This document shows, piece after piece, positions 20,926 through 33,272 of a stretch of DNA of 64,000 nt. The first letter of the stretch is position 1; each line of letters begins with the position of its first letter. Position numbers and translations under genes: made by a program. The notes under the pieces were generated by a model. The model was not told the origin of the DNA and ran no database searches. It worked only from the letters and a program-made list of their open reading frames with translations. The DNA lies in assembly GCA_047967505.1 (NCBI GenBank), contig CM106538.1; one strand, 5' to 3'. The DNA comes from Dipteris shenzhenensis. Lineage: Eukaryota.

Positions 20926-23453
20926 TGTTGGAGATAAGTGCACACTAAATGTACTATTTCCCTAGTCTACATTTGTCTAAGTCTAGTCTAGTCTTTGTGT
21001 CTTGAGTGTGTGCCATGTGGCACCTCTACAATTATCCCATAAGCACTCTTGCTTTATGTCTTGTACTTTGGCCCATATATTCATGGGTCACATCATTGCA
21101 ATCTATCTATCTAGCTTGTGTCTTGTCTACACTCTTCTCAAGGTACTTCTTGTCTTTCAATCTTGTTATTATTTCACTTCTAGTTTTCTAGTTTCTAGTT
21201 CTTGCTTCCATATTCCAACATGGTATCAGAGCTAGGTTGATCCTTCTTCTCTTCCCTCAGTCTGCTGTAGCCATAGCTGTCTCTTCTCAAATTTCTCCCC
21301 CGCTCAGCTGGTCGCCATCTTCATCTTCTGCCCGTCTTCTCCACGCTGCTGCCGTTCCTGCTGCCGCTGCAGATCTGCCCGCCATCTCTCTGCCACGCTG
21401 CTGCCATTCCTGCTGCCGCTGCAGATCTGCCCACCATCTCTCTGCCAGATCTGCACGCCATTGCGCTGCCAGATCTGCTGCGCAGTTCTGCTCTCTGCCA
21501 GATCTGCGCGTCAGATCTGCACAGATCTGGCGCTGCTGTAGCTCCTGCTCTTGCTGTCGCTGCTGTAGCTCCCGCTCCTGCATCAACGAACAAACATTTC
21601 GAAGCACAGTCAAGACTGTCCGTACAGTCCGTACGACTGTACGGAATCCATACCTGCACAAGCTGCTGTTCGCGATCTCCGCCATCTTCACGGAGATCTG
21701 CGCCATCTGTTCGTGACTGCACGGAGCTCGCACTGCCTGCACCTCCTGGACCGCGCTCCTTTTTGTGCCTCTGCCTCTGCCTGGGATTAAGGTACTGTGC
21801 ATTGCCTCTTTCAGTTTGCTGAGCAGTTCCTTTTTTTTTGCTGGTTCCTCCTGCTTCGATGGGCTGTCACATGCTATGGCCTTGACAAAGTGGTGAGAGA
21901 ACCGGCTTCTTGGATCTCTCCTTTCATTCATTTTTGCAATAATTGTAAGGGAATAGACACTGCCCTTGCATCTTAGCAAGAGGTAAGACCTTCCCACATG
22001 GCATCTTTCTCTCATTCTCTCATGTCTATCGACAAATTCAATGGGTCCAACTTTCATACTTGGCAAATCAAAATTAAGTGCCATCTTATGAAAGAAGGTC
22101 TTTGGGACATTGTTCACCGTGCTGCTCCCGAAGATCCCGACATTGAGCAAGCTGTCACTGCCAAGAACGACAAAGCCTATGCTATCATCTTGCTCGGTCT
22201 TGGAGATGATTACATTCATCACATCTCCGACATACAGTCTGCTCCTCAAGCATGGATCACTTTGGATACCCTTTTTGGACCCCGATCTAAAAACTCTAAG
22301 ATTGCACTTATGATCTCATTCTTTGATCTACATATGCAGGAAGAGGCTACTATAGCCTCTCATGTCAATTATCTTCGCAGTCTTATGGTTCAGTTTGCAT
22401 CAGTAAAGTCTCCCATCTCCGAAGATATTGCTATTGCTGTGCTTCTCAAAAGCTTACCTGACACCTATGCTACTCTTGTCACTACCTTCAAGTATCACAA
22501 TAATCCTTCTCTTGAAGGTATCATCAATGCTCTCCAAGAGGAAGAAAGAACTCAACAACGAAAGGTAACTGACACTGCATTTTTAGCAAAGAAAGGAAGT
22601 TCTAAGGTAAGAAAGCCTTGCACCCATTGTGGCAAAACTAATCATATGCAGAAGGACTGTTTCAAGGCTCATCCATGCACCATTTGTGGTCGTGATAATC
22701 ACCGGGAGAGGGACTGCTACTCCAAACCCTCTACATCAGCCCCTGCATCTACCTCAGCCCATGTTGCTGCAACATCTCCATCAGCTGATCCTATTGTTCC
22801 TTCCTCACATGATGAGAAGTGGGCTTTCTGATTACTTCTATTTCTTGTCTACCACTTTGACCACCGATGATGTAGGTCAAGGGGTTCTAGTGTCTTGGTC
22901 TTTCTGTTTGTCTACAGTCAGTCTTCTGTCTATCTAGTCTTATCTGTCTGTCTATTTGTCTATCAATCTGACTATGTTTTGTTTTAGATCCATCTTGTCC
23001 CTACCCTTGTGGACCCATATGAGGATATCACTTGAGGAGGGGTGTCTCAGGATCTTTTGTCTGTTATGTCTTCTATCTTGTCTCTCAGTCTATCAGTCTT
23101 TATGTCTGTCTTCTAGTCTTGTCTTTCTGTCTTACTCCTAGTGTCCACTTAAGGAGGGTATTGGAGATAAGTGCACACTAAGTGTACTATTTCCCTAGTC
23201 TACATTTGTCTAAGTCTAGTCTAGTCTTTGTGTCTTGAGTGTGTGCCATGTGGCACCTCTACAATTATCCCATAAGCACTCTTGCTTTATGTCTTGTACT
23301 TTGGCCCAGATATTCATGGGTCACATCATTGCAATCTATCTATCTAGCTTGTGTCTTGTCTACACTCTTCTCAAGGTACTTCTTGTCTTTCAATCTTCTT
23401 ATTATTTCACTTCTAGTTTTCTAGTTTCTAATTCTTGCTTCCATATTCCAACA
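20926..23453 (+). mobile_element. TR-GAG-type element (copia-type LTR element encoding Gag only), 2.53 kb
   Basis: 295-bp LTRs at 20926-21220 and 23159-23453 (about 5 differences by eye). PBS 21221-21232; PPT AAGGAGGG before the 3' LTR; TSD TGGAG at 20921-20925 and 23454-23458; no pol sequence. Confidence 0.95.
21998..22831 (+). CDS. gag: Intact copia-type Gag (277 aa) with two CCHC zinc knuckles
   Basis: ATG-to-stop ORF; IDKFNGSNFHTWQIKIKCHLMKEGLWDIV N-terminal motif; LLKSLPDTYATLV; CTHCGKTNHMQKDC and CTICGRDNHRERDC. Confidence 0.93.
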   Translation: MASFSHSLMSIDKFNGSNFHTWQIKIKCHLMKEGLWDIVHRAAPEDPDIEQAVTAKNDKAYAIILLGLGDDYIHHISDIQSAPQAWITLDTLFGPRSKNSKIALMISFFDLHMQEEATIASHVNYLRSLMVQFASVKSPISEDIAIAVLLKSLPDTYATLVTTFKYHNNPSLEGIINALQEEERTQQRKVTDTAFLAKKGSSKVRKPCTHCGKTNHMQKDCFKAHPCTICGRDNHRERDCYSKPSTSAPASTSAHVAATSPSADPIVPSSHDEKWAF

Positions 23454-23909
23454 TGGAGTCCTTGGGATACAGGGAGATTTCGAGGAGGATTTTGATGGGA
23501 GGCTAGGCCACTCTTATTGCTGGCCATATCTGAGAGGACCCCAAGCTTATCCTAACCCCCGGGCTGGGCTAGGAGTTTCAGCCCAACCTAGAGTTAGGCG
23601 CTAACCCAACCCTCGCCTGGTGCACGCGGTTAGGTTAGGTTAGGGTTTGTAAGAGGCAAGCGCTGAATGACAACGGGTGCCGGGCTAGGGTATGCTAGAG
23701 GCGGCGCTAAAGGCAGGTGGCAGCGCTACTATTGGAGGTGGCGCTAGACAACGGGCTGCTACGGTGGCGGGCTTGATGACAATGGGCAGGATCTGCGACA
23801 TTACGTTACGGTGACGACGGGCTACGCTTGTCCTTGTTTCCTTAGTACTTTTTGATGTCTCTCCTTTACGCAACGCCAAAGTAGAAGGTCTCAAGTGTGG
23901 CCTTGCCGA

Positions 23910-24365
23910 GAGAAAGAAAGAAAGAAAGTCTATTAACGTCCACTGGAGACCAAAAGGTCTATGGGACAGCAAGAAACCCTCTAGTACATATGCTTTAGGG
24001 AGGGCACACGACAGCTCCCAAGAGAGAGAGAGAGAGAAAGAAAGAAAGAAAGAAAGTTTATTAAAGTCTTCAGAAGACCGATGGGTCTATGAGACTGTGA
24101 AAAACCTGATACAATGAGCTGTGGTAGTGGAGCTACTAAACGAGCATCCATACCAATGCAGAATGCAAAAAAATGCAAAATGGCAGTACTAAGTCCTAAG
24201 TACAACATAGTCATATCCTGACTATATATATATCCATCTCAGCATCATCGTCGGCATCACCATAACCATCATCATCATCATCATCATCATTGTCAGCAAC
24301 AGGACATCATGATGTATGAGGCTGTGGAAGTGGAGGCATGAGGTCAGCAATAGATCGTTGTCACC
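23910..24365 (-). mobile_element. Two short 3'-end copies of the (CTTT)n-tailed LINE (about 23910-23975 and 24037-24365)
   Basis: Reverse complement of 18130-18430: (GAAA)n, GTTTATTAAAGTCTTC...GACCGATGGGTCTATG...GTGGAGCTACTAAACGAGCATCCA...(CAT)n. Confidence 0.85.
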
Positions 24366-24372
24366 CCCTCAC

Positions 24373-24740
24373 TGTACCAAGCTTCGGTTTTTGACCCCAC
24401 CTGCAACTGATTTGATTCAATTTGCACTTGATTGATTGATGATGATCATTATGATTTTGCTAGTATAGATCAAGACTCAGCAAGGGCCCTAGTGCACCCT
24501 TTGCTCCAGCCCACTGAGGCTTGCATGAGTCTCCTTTCTTTTGTGCACTCTGTCCCATAGGCTCGCGAGGCCTCCTGCGGACGTTAATGCATCTTTCTTT
24601 CTTTCTTTTCTATGTATGCTGCCCACATGGCAGCCAAAGTGCTGCCCGTGTGGCAACCACATCATCTCTAGGTTCACACCCCCCATGCTCTCCTCATATG
24701 GGGGCATACATATGGGGAGGTGACCATACGATTGCCAACA
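24373..24740 (-). repeat. LTR fragment related to the tandem-array LTR, with PPT-like sequence and internal remnant at 24741-25290
   Basis: CCCCCATGCTCTCCTCATATGGGGGCATACATATGGGGAGGTGACC...CCAACA closely matches the array LTR end at 14330-14384. Left boundary is uncertain. Confidence 0.7.
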
Positions 24741-25464
24741 CCCTACCAGTTTGAGATGGAGAACCTTCCGAATTTCCTCCTCAAACGTCTCTTGGGATGA
24801 GCCTTACAAGCATATGTTTGCTCACTACGTGGATTTTCTCTCCTTGGTGTGAGCATCAATCTTGGCACCCAATTTCGCTTCCATCTTCCTTTATATCTTC
24901 CCTTGGGTACTTTTCAGCTCCTCAATGCATTTCTTGAGGGCTGTTTTTCCCCTCCTCAAGTCCAACGCACTTAACTCAGGAACCCTTACGGCTCCCTTCT
25001 TGAATTCATGTATCAAGTGCTTTGATGTTAGAGGCACGTTCTTTTAGAGTCTGCTTAAAAGGCATTATTTTTCACTTTCAAGGCATCCTGTGGCTCAATG
25101 TGGCTCCTTTGAAGTTCATGAACCTGTTCTAGGAGTTCCTCAATGCATATCATAAGGCGCTTATTCAATCTTGGGATGAGATCCCTTAATGAATTGGGGC
25201 CTTTCACATGGGTAGCTTCTTCAAAGCATCCTCCATTGTCTTCATGACACCAATCCATCTGGCACCCCTTGTCATCCTGCAAACTGAAAGCATATGTTCC
25301 TTGGTGTGAGCCAGAATGAAGCTAAATTTTAAAAAGTACCTCTAATTTTATTGATAGATAGATTTCCATTGATGGATTCTCATCAGGAGGAGGGGAAGTC
25401 CAAAAGATCTGAGTATACAAGCCCCACGGGGTTCTGCAAAGAGAAGGACATTGAAAAACAGCAC

Positions 25465-25620
25465 TCTACTACTCCCAACAAAGCGGTGTTGCTGATGGCA
25501 TTGACCGTACTCTAGGTGAGAAAACCAGGAGTATGCTGAAAACCAGGAATATACCCAACTAATTATGCGCTGAAGTAGCTAATATAACAGCGCACCTCCA
25601 TAATCATAATGCTATGAAAG
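25465..25620 (+). mobile_element. Highly decayed copia integrase fragment
   Basis: YSQQSGVADGIDRTLGEKTRSMLKTRNIPN*LCAEVANITAHLHN resembles the TPQQNGVAERKNRTL...WAEA motif. Confidence 0.6.
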
Positions 25621-26387
25621 GTGTACTGTAACGTGTTACTGAAGAGGTCTTTATAGAACATTGATCACCTAAGGATATTTGGCTCCAAGGCTGAATCACT
25701 GACGCCAAAATTTTCTAAAAACTAGTTTGACACCTCATTGAAAGTGACACTAATGATTAACATGGACTGATACGTCATACATACATCTAACAGCTTCTTG
25801 ACTCTCCATTTAAGGAAAGAGTGTATCATTCCCCTAACGACATTTCTTTACACTCTAAACATCGATAAATATCATGAACCAAAAGCCATAAGCCTTCCCA
25901 CTTTTTCATGCATATATCTTCCAAGACGTGCCTCTTCTTTTCCTACCTACTTCAAAAACTATGATACACCTAATCTGCTTCACTTATTTATTGCTAATAG
26001 CCTCTATTCATCTTCCTACTTAATTATGGAAGGTTTGCAAATTTTCACAAAATAGATATCCTTTGTTGGTATCAAATTTTTGATTCTCAGCATGCTTTGC
26101 TTTTAAAAAGCTTTGAATTTCCATACATACACATTCATTCTATTAACACTGAAATTTCTCTGTCTTATCTCAAAATTACATATAGAATAGGGCATTAAAG
26201 TTATCGCGACGGCGACGCATTAGAGGACGGCGTGTGACTCCTAGGAAAAGCTGTCACCCTTGCAAAATGAAAATAAGTGACGAGCATCCACTCAAAAAAA
26301 GACTAAATATAACCATAATACATGGGGAAGAAAAATTATGCTCCATGAAAATTGAAAATAACAAGAGGATGTCAGATAGCAACATAC

Positions 26388-26609
26388 AATCTCTTCAAAC
26401 ATAGTGATGCCTTGGCTGTTAGCTATGCGTTGCATACCGAGCTCTTGCCGAATAGCTCGGGTCCGATCAAAAAGGAAGTCATAAACCACTGCAAATGAGA
26501 ATTCATTATCATCTAAAAGATTTAGAAGATATTGCAGTGTGCTCCATAATACAAGCAATGGGCGCACATCAGATGACTGCAACGTTACACCCGAAAATGT
26601 TCTACAAAA
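26388..26609 (-). CDS. SAC3C: SAC3 family protein C (SAC3/GANP domain), coding exon 3
   Basis: FCRTFSGVTLQSSDVRPLLVLWSTLQYLLNLLD...VVYDFLFDRTRAIRQELGMQRIANSQGITMFEEI; TTGCAG acceptor and GTATGT donor; 222 nt, in frame with exon 2. Confidence 0.93.
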
Positions 26610-28624
26610 CTGCAAAGCCAGAACATAAAAAGTCATTGCCTGGATAAAAATCCAAAAGGATCCTGAAAAAAAACTTGCATCTCTAACATTCATCGTCACA
26701 ATATAAACAAGAGTTTTGCTTCAGAAGAATCCACTCATCAAAACTGTAAAAATAAAACTAGGAAAAAGAGACGACATGTTATTGGTGTCCACAAAATGTT
26801 CCCAGCACTTGCAAAGTCTCCCATCTAAAGATCTCTGCTAGATATTCAGATATTAAAGTCAGTCTCACATCTTTCTCAGATAACTGCCTCAAAGCAATCC
26901 ATGATCATGTAGCATTTACAATCAAAGCTGCCTCATATGCCCCCAAAAAGAAGAAGATTGTCTTCCCAACCCCAGCAAAATATGGCCGAATTCATCATGT
27001 TAAACCATAGCATTTATTGCAATTTTGGCGTACAAAAAGTACCCATAAGGTCAGAAATCATAAACTTATTCTTGCATTGCAAGGCTATGTACTTTGGGCC
27101 TCAGCAATGACTCCATCATACTCCAATAGCGGAAAGTAGATCCAACACACACACAACTACACAATACTAAATATCTATCTGAAGTCTAGGCATGCTCACT
27201 TCTAGTGAAAATTAATGAGATGTAGCTCTTTAAGTTGAGGTGGTTAGAGAGGATGCATCCTTGGGGCGACTTTTCATACTGTGCTGGACTTAGAGTGGAA
27301 GTTCCATTAAAAGTTGACTTAGTTATGCCAGCTCTATAAAAAGGCATGTTCCATGTTTACAGTTTTGTCCCAGTCATTTTTGCTTGTCCGTCTAAATATC
27401 AAACCCCATCTTTCAGTAAAACTTTGCGATACACATTACACATCAATTCAGCACTGTGGATCTATGGCTCTCCATTCGCACGTGATTTCCTTCGATTGGT
27501 ATCAAAGAAGCTTTCTTGCCTGTATAAAGGTGCTGAAAGGGTTGCAAAAGAAAGCTTCTGTGGAAGCACCCAATGACAAACCCTAGCTTATTGTGGCATG
27601 ATGGACTCTTCACTTGTGTAGCTGGAAGATGTTCACAATGATTTTAGGTTGATTTGCATATGGCTCAACAAGGTCCTAAGCCAAATCAAGGCTGTTATGC
27701 TGCTCCAAATGCTGCCCCCTCCCACTTGTGGTGGGCTGACCCAGACCTAGATTGGCCCACTGAGGTGCCATCTGGCCAACTCTACATCTGTTCTGGACCC
27801 ACTCAAGGGCCTACCAACCCCTGCTGGCTGACCTGCTATTTTGGCTGACCAGTTCCAGGGCATCGAGCTCCCTGCCAAGCCTCCATTTGTCCTGTTGCTG
27901 GGCTCCCTGCCAAGCAACACATCAATGCATTCAAGATATGAAAAGAAAGAATCTCTCCATACTCTCATGCTTCGGAGTCACCCTGGGCAAACTTCACCAA
28001 ATAAGAGTGGTTATTGTCCACCATGGGCAGATTCAATTCCGACAATAAAGTTGTGAGTACTAGCATTGTCAAAAGTAACATTTACATAATGGTCATCAAC
28101 GGTTCTACGCATTCGTAAAACATCATGCAAATCAAACATCAACGTAAATAAACCACAACTATCACAAATTACACCAGTAGATTACAAGTCAATGCTGGAA
28201 AGTTCAGCAGACATAACTGGCATGGGGTCGTTAGTTGTATGCACCACTATACATTTCCCCCTATCAGTATTCTTTTTGCGGGGCACAAGCAAAGGGATGG
28301 CTCCCTATCTATGGTCGAGACCCACACCTGGTGCACCTTTGTTGCCATGCGACGTGATGGTATCATCATATGTTTTCGCAAAGCGGACTACCTCGTCAAG
28401 GCGAGCCTTTGATAGTCTCTTGGGAGACCATTGTAGTAGTATAATCACCACACCGGAATAAAAGGGCTGATCAAAAGAAAAAGGAGAACTAGTCTAAGGA
28501 AGATGAGCTTGATGAACAAACAACTAATATGGTCAAGGTGTTCTTAGTGATTTCTCCAAGTAGCCCTAAAATCAAATATGTAGACCACAAAGTGGCAACG
28601 CTATGTATGCAACACCTTTCTGAG

Positions 28625-29530
28625 AGAGTTATATTTTAGCGACAGAGTGGAAGAGATTTGAGAGGCTACAGGTGATTATGGGATCCAGGATGATTCGGAG
28701 CAAGCCCTCAGTCCCCCATCAGATTATATAGGCAGAGTTCGCCATGACCCCTCTCCAGGCTGATGCCATCCTTCAGACAATGACTTTCCTCCACAGAGTC
28801 TGGGCCTTACCCCAATTGAGATTACCGAGACTAGCATTGGAGTCTTCCAGGCGACTAGCAAAGAGCGGTGTTGATACAGCATGGTACGCACGGGTATCCA
28901 CATGGTTTGGTAGTCACGGCATTCACATGGACAGACTTCCCCCCTTTCAGTACAGAATGGATGCACCACCCGAGATGATCCCACGAGATGAGATCAGCCG
29001 TATCATACCGTTGGACCTTCTCCAGTTCCACACATCTAGGGCTTAAGGGGAGAGGAGTTCCCCACCAAGATCCAGTTCTACCATGACCACTTCCTGAGGG
29101 TCTTAGAGCATGGTCTCATCATCAGACCTCAGTACCTCAAGGATAGGAGAGTCTCACATGCATTGAGGATTGCCATCGGTTAGTTGCGAGTCTCATTACA
29201 TCAGCTGAGGATCGAGGTAGGGAGAGCTGCAGGTATACCCAGAGAGCAGAGGATCTGCATACTATGCCGGATGGAGGAGATCGAGATAGAGGAGCATTTT
29301 CTATGTATTTGCCCAATCTACTATGAGATCCGAGGGCGATATCACTGCCTCTTTCAGGAGGGGCATGGCTTTGGTCCACTTACACAGCTGACCCATTTTC
29401 CCGATCAGGTTTGTGTGGCGCCCTATCTGATTGAGATGCGACGACAAAGAGATATACTATGCGACAGACCAGAAAGCAGCAGGGACTCATGCCACACGTC
29501 ACCGAGATCGACAGAGCATAGACACTTGTT
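28625..29530 (+). mobile_element. Fragment of the same RTEX-like LINE family (post-RT region and C-terminal Zn finger) in SAC3C intron 2
   Basis: WYARVSTWFGSHGIHMDRLPPFQYRMDA matches WYARIERWFEGLGLHMDRLPPFQYSMDA near 17670; also RVSLHQLRIEVGR...IPREQRICILCRMEEIEIEEHFLCICPIYYEIR. Confidence 0.85.
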
Positions 29531-30757
29531 ACAGACTTCTATGCATCTAACATTTCTCTCCCTCGCTCTCCCCTACCCATTCTCCTCTCTTCTTCCCCTA
29601 TCTCTCTCTCTAAGGAATATATTTTGCTGCCTCCATTGCTAAGTACTTCTCCAAACTTGTGTGTGTTCTTCACCTGGTTGTGTCATCTGTGAGAACATTA
29701 AGTTGCGGAAGTTTGGTTCCAGCAAGTAAACTTGCATGTGTTCTTGACCTACTTGTGTGTACAGGGTAGCGCCATCTGTGAGAACATTCCGTGTGGGAGT
29801 TGGGTTCCCGCAAGCATCCCCTTTATATTTCTGACCCATGGCAAGTGCTATTCATGAATATGTAGAGGTTAGAGGACTTGATACTTAAAGCCCAATATGT
29901 TTTTTCCTGCGCGTATATTATCTTATGTAGCTTTATTGTTGGCAATGAAGTTTCTCACTCTGTTTTGTCGTCCCGTAGTTTCCATAGTGCAAATACTTCT
30001 CTTAAATGTAAGAAATATTTGGCTATAAAGGATCCACCCCAGCATCGCAGTTATTTCAAGAGTGTTCTTGAAGTCCTGAACAAGAACAAGTAACAAGAAA
30101 TTAAGGAGCATCTCATCTAGTGATATTGGATGCCATGATGCTTTTGGATACCATGACTGCAAAAGCTGATTGGAAGGTCATACATCGTGGCAGGATAAAT
30201 GGCAAGATGCAAAAGTTCATATAAGTTGAATTCTAAAGGAAAGCATTCTTGTACTATCCCAGAGATGGAAGTCTACACTGGAATAAAAAATGAAAGAAAG
30301 GTGGCTCTTTGAGCCTTTACTGATAGACTCTGCCTTGATGACGAGCAACAAATACACTAAAAAGACAAAGGCAGTCAAAGTTGACATCGGACTTCTTATT
30401 CTCAAGCTATGATTCTGGAATAAGCAACCCAGCCCTGCCATCTTCCTGTGTGTTAAGTAGAGCTCTTTTTTGCTCTAGTCATCATAACAATGAGCTGCTC
30501 AAGAATTAGCTGAAGAAGGTAATTAGCTTTCTTCCTAAACAGTAATAGATCATGCTCCTTGTCTCTAACAAACCTAAATAAGGAAGAGAGGAATAAGCTC
30601 CATCATAGGAACACAGAAAGTAGCACACAGAAAAACACGCAGAAAAAGCTGACGGGAGAGTTGACAGTTTCAGTATAGAAGTAACTAGCTCAAAGGATTT
30701 CCTAGTCCTACACGTGTGCATGATAAGGAGCATGATCAATTTAGAAAAGCCCAGTAC

Positions 30758-30858
30758 CTTCTTTACAGCAAGCTCTCTTGACGTCTTTCTGGGATTTCCA
30801 TTGAGACGCTCAAAAACAGCAAGGTCTCTTAGCCTCTCTCGTTGTTCCCGCTCTTTGA
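30758..30858 (-). CDS. SAC3C: SAC3 family protein C, coding exon 2 (absent from the ORF track)
   Basis: CAG acceptor at 30861-30859 and GT donor at 30757-30756; 101 nt encoding (V)KEREQRERLRDLAVFERLNGNPRKTSRELAVKK, which matches the plant SAC3C motif RERLRDLAVFERL.GNP as I recall it. Confidence 0.93.
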
Positions 30859-30980
30859 CTGCCCTGTCACAATTGGCATAATTAGTAGCAGGCTTTGTAA
30901 GCTGGCAGATCCCACCTTACTGGAAGAGGGGACAAAAGTGTTGCCCTACATCAATAAGTCATAGGAAGCACCTATCTTAC

Positions 30981-32130
30981 CAGGGCACATATCTTCGCAC
31001 GACCCCACAATAAAAGGAAGAGTGGCATCATCGAATCCCTCATCCGTAAGTACAGAGAGAGATGCTTGATGACCTATAACTGGCACCAAACGCCCACCTT
31101 CACCTGAAGCACCCCCGTCATCAAAGGTTCGTCCTGCTGTTGGTTCCGTCTGGTTGCTTGCTGATCTAGTTGCTGCAGATGGTGAATCCAAGGGCATAAT
31201 CTTGAAATTCCTACCAACACGGGACGTACTTCCATCTGTTTCTCCTTTTCTGACACCAAAATCTTGCTGCCTTTTCTGCCCCGAATCATCCCCATTCAGT
31301 GTCTGTATAACAGCACTTCCATAACCTTTAAAACTTTCGTGTCTTCTGTCTATAGATGCATCCGTAGAACGTGGACTCTCCCAGCCTCTACTGTTGACTT
31401 GATGAGATTTCTTAACTACCGGCTTGTTATTATTACGAACTCCACTTCCCAATACCGTGCTATTTTTAACGCTTTGCACAACAGGGACCATAACCTCGGC
31501 GTGAGCATAAGCATCCTGCCCAATGAAATTAGGCGGGTCCCTTTCCCATCCACGTCGCCCGCCAATAACCGTACTTTGGAACCTGCTTCTATGCACATCT
31601 TCATAGTCAAGACCATGAGGTCTAGTACCCTGATTCCTCGAGGCCCTTATGCCTCCGTATTCCTTCCATGTCTCACGAGGAGTGAAGGACGGCTGGCCTC
31701 GCGACACAGATTGCATATCCCTGTTCTTCTCATGCTCCTTATAGGATTGTTGGATGCCTTTCGACCTTCCACTAGAAAAATGGTCAACTCCCTGTTTGTT
31801 TGATCTCCATGATAGCCTCCGCTCATCGTTCCTATCAGTAATTGAATTGCCAAAACTATCTCTTCTTACCTCCGCCACTTTTACGCCACGGCTCTCCTCA
31901 ACGCTCGGTCCTCTTCCCAATTGAGAGTAATTCGCCCACTGCCCCCTATTCTGTTGCTTAGCTACCGACACACTGGAGAAATTCCTTAGATTCGGACCGT
32001 CACCTTGCCACCCATCGAACGCGATTCCATTCCGTTCTCTGACTATTTGAGCGTTGGTGTAGCCCTTACGAGAAGAAGAAGGAGAAGAAGCAGCGGAAGA
32101 ATTACTGCGAGGAGATGCTTTCGCGGCCAT
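30981..32130 (-). CDS. SAC3C: SAC3 family protein C, coding exon 1 (long low-complexity N-terminus ending IVGSCEDMCP)
   Basis: First in-frame ATG at 32130 (in-frame TAG upstream at 32151-32149). 383 stop-free codons ending in the SAC3 motif IVGSCEDMCP, followed by a phase-1 GTAAGA donor. Confidence 0.9.
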
Positions 32131-33272
32131 TACTCCCAAACGCTGGCGCTACGCAGTTGCCCAAAGAATCCAAAGCACTTGCACGACCCAGGAATTGGCG
32201 CATCGCTCCATTGGCGTTAGCCCACAGAGTCTGATGCAGAGTCAACTTCTTCTGCACTGCGTGGATGTGAACAGCCTCTTCCACAAGTCAACCATCAACT
32301 CGGAGCGTATATCGCATCTCTTTATTGGTCGGCCTCAAACGAATTTCCTCCTGGGACAGACAGCAGCAACAGTGCCTTCCTGGAGTGGAGTGTTAACATG
32401 CAAGCCCATGTTCATATGGGTGTTTACAGACCTGCGCATCATGGGCACCGCCCAAGGATCATGGACGGGCAAGATTGCCTCCTCATGGCCCAGATGCATT
32501 AAATGCACAATGGGCGAGCATGGGCAGCTCTAGTCTTTAAACCCCGGGCTGAACTAGCATCGATGTGCAACTAGTGGGCCCGTGTTTAAGAGTCCTTTGT
32601 ATCTTCATTTGCTAAATGGATCACTCTTTCATGGAGTTCAATTCAAGAGCCGTTTGTATGGTCATTTGCCCAAGGCATCTGTTGTGATAGCACATGTTCA
32701 CATGAGATGGATCAAGCCTAGATGCATGTGTGCCATGCGAGCTTGTGATCCTATTATGAATGGATGAGAGATGGGAGTGAGTAAAGGCAACAAGCTCCCA
32801 ACCTTCAAAGGACCAATGTTTGAAGGCACAATGGAATGCCTAATGATCAACGTGGGCCCATTGACATTAATCATAGATGATGCCCAAAGCCTCCCTAGAA
32901 TGTCTAAAGTGGAATCTCTATGGCCCTCTTATAAAAATAAAGGTTTGGCACACTCATCATGGCTTTTCAACCCACATTCAAAGGTTCACTCCATTTACCC
33001 ATTCATGCACAACTATTTGGCTTTGAGGGCTTAAGATCCCACCATTTCCACTTTCTTGATTGCCATGGGAATCATATCCTCTTTTAAGGACATGACCTCT
33101 TCAACGGTTCTTTTTAATATCATCCTCATCAATTATATAGGTTACAACATCTTTGTGCTTAAATTATTGGCAACCTATAGTGTGGGAATCAAACCACATA
33201 TTGCTTTATCATGAGACATGAGCTTCATCACGTGATATTATTCGTATCATGATGCTCTAGGTCAATACAATT

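Noticed and set aside
21237-22249. 320-aa and 159-aa ORFs overlapping the TR-GAG leader
   Set aside because: Low-complexity translations of GCT/CAGATCTG repeats plus the antisense of gag; no domain.
26292-26699. Full 135-aa ORF as a standalone gene
   Set aside because: Only 26388-26609 is SAC3-like and bounded by splice sites; the flanks are intron read-through.
31264-31803. 179-aa plus-strand ORF
   Set aside because: Antisense shadow of SAC3C exon 1.
32102-32284. Upstream ORF overlapping the SAC3C start
   Set aside because: The transcription start is unknown, so it cannot be placed in the 5' UTR; no supporting motif.
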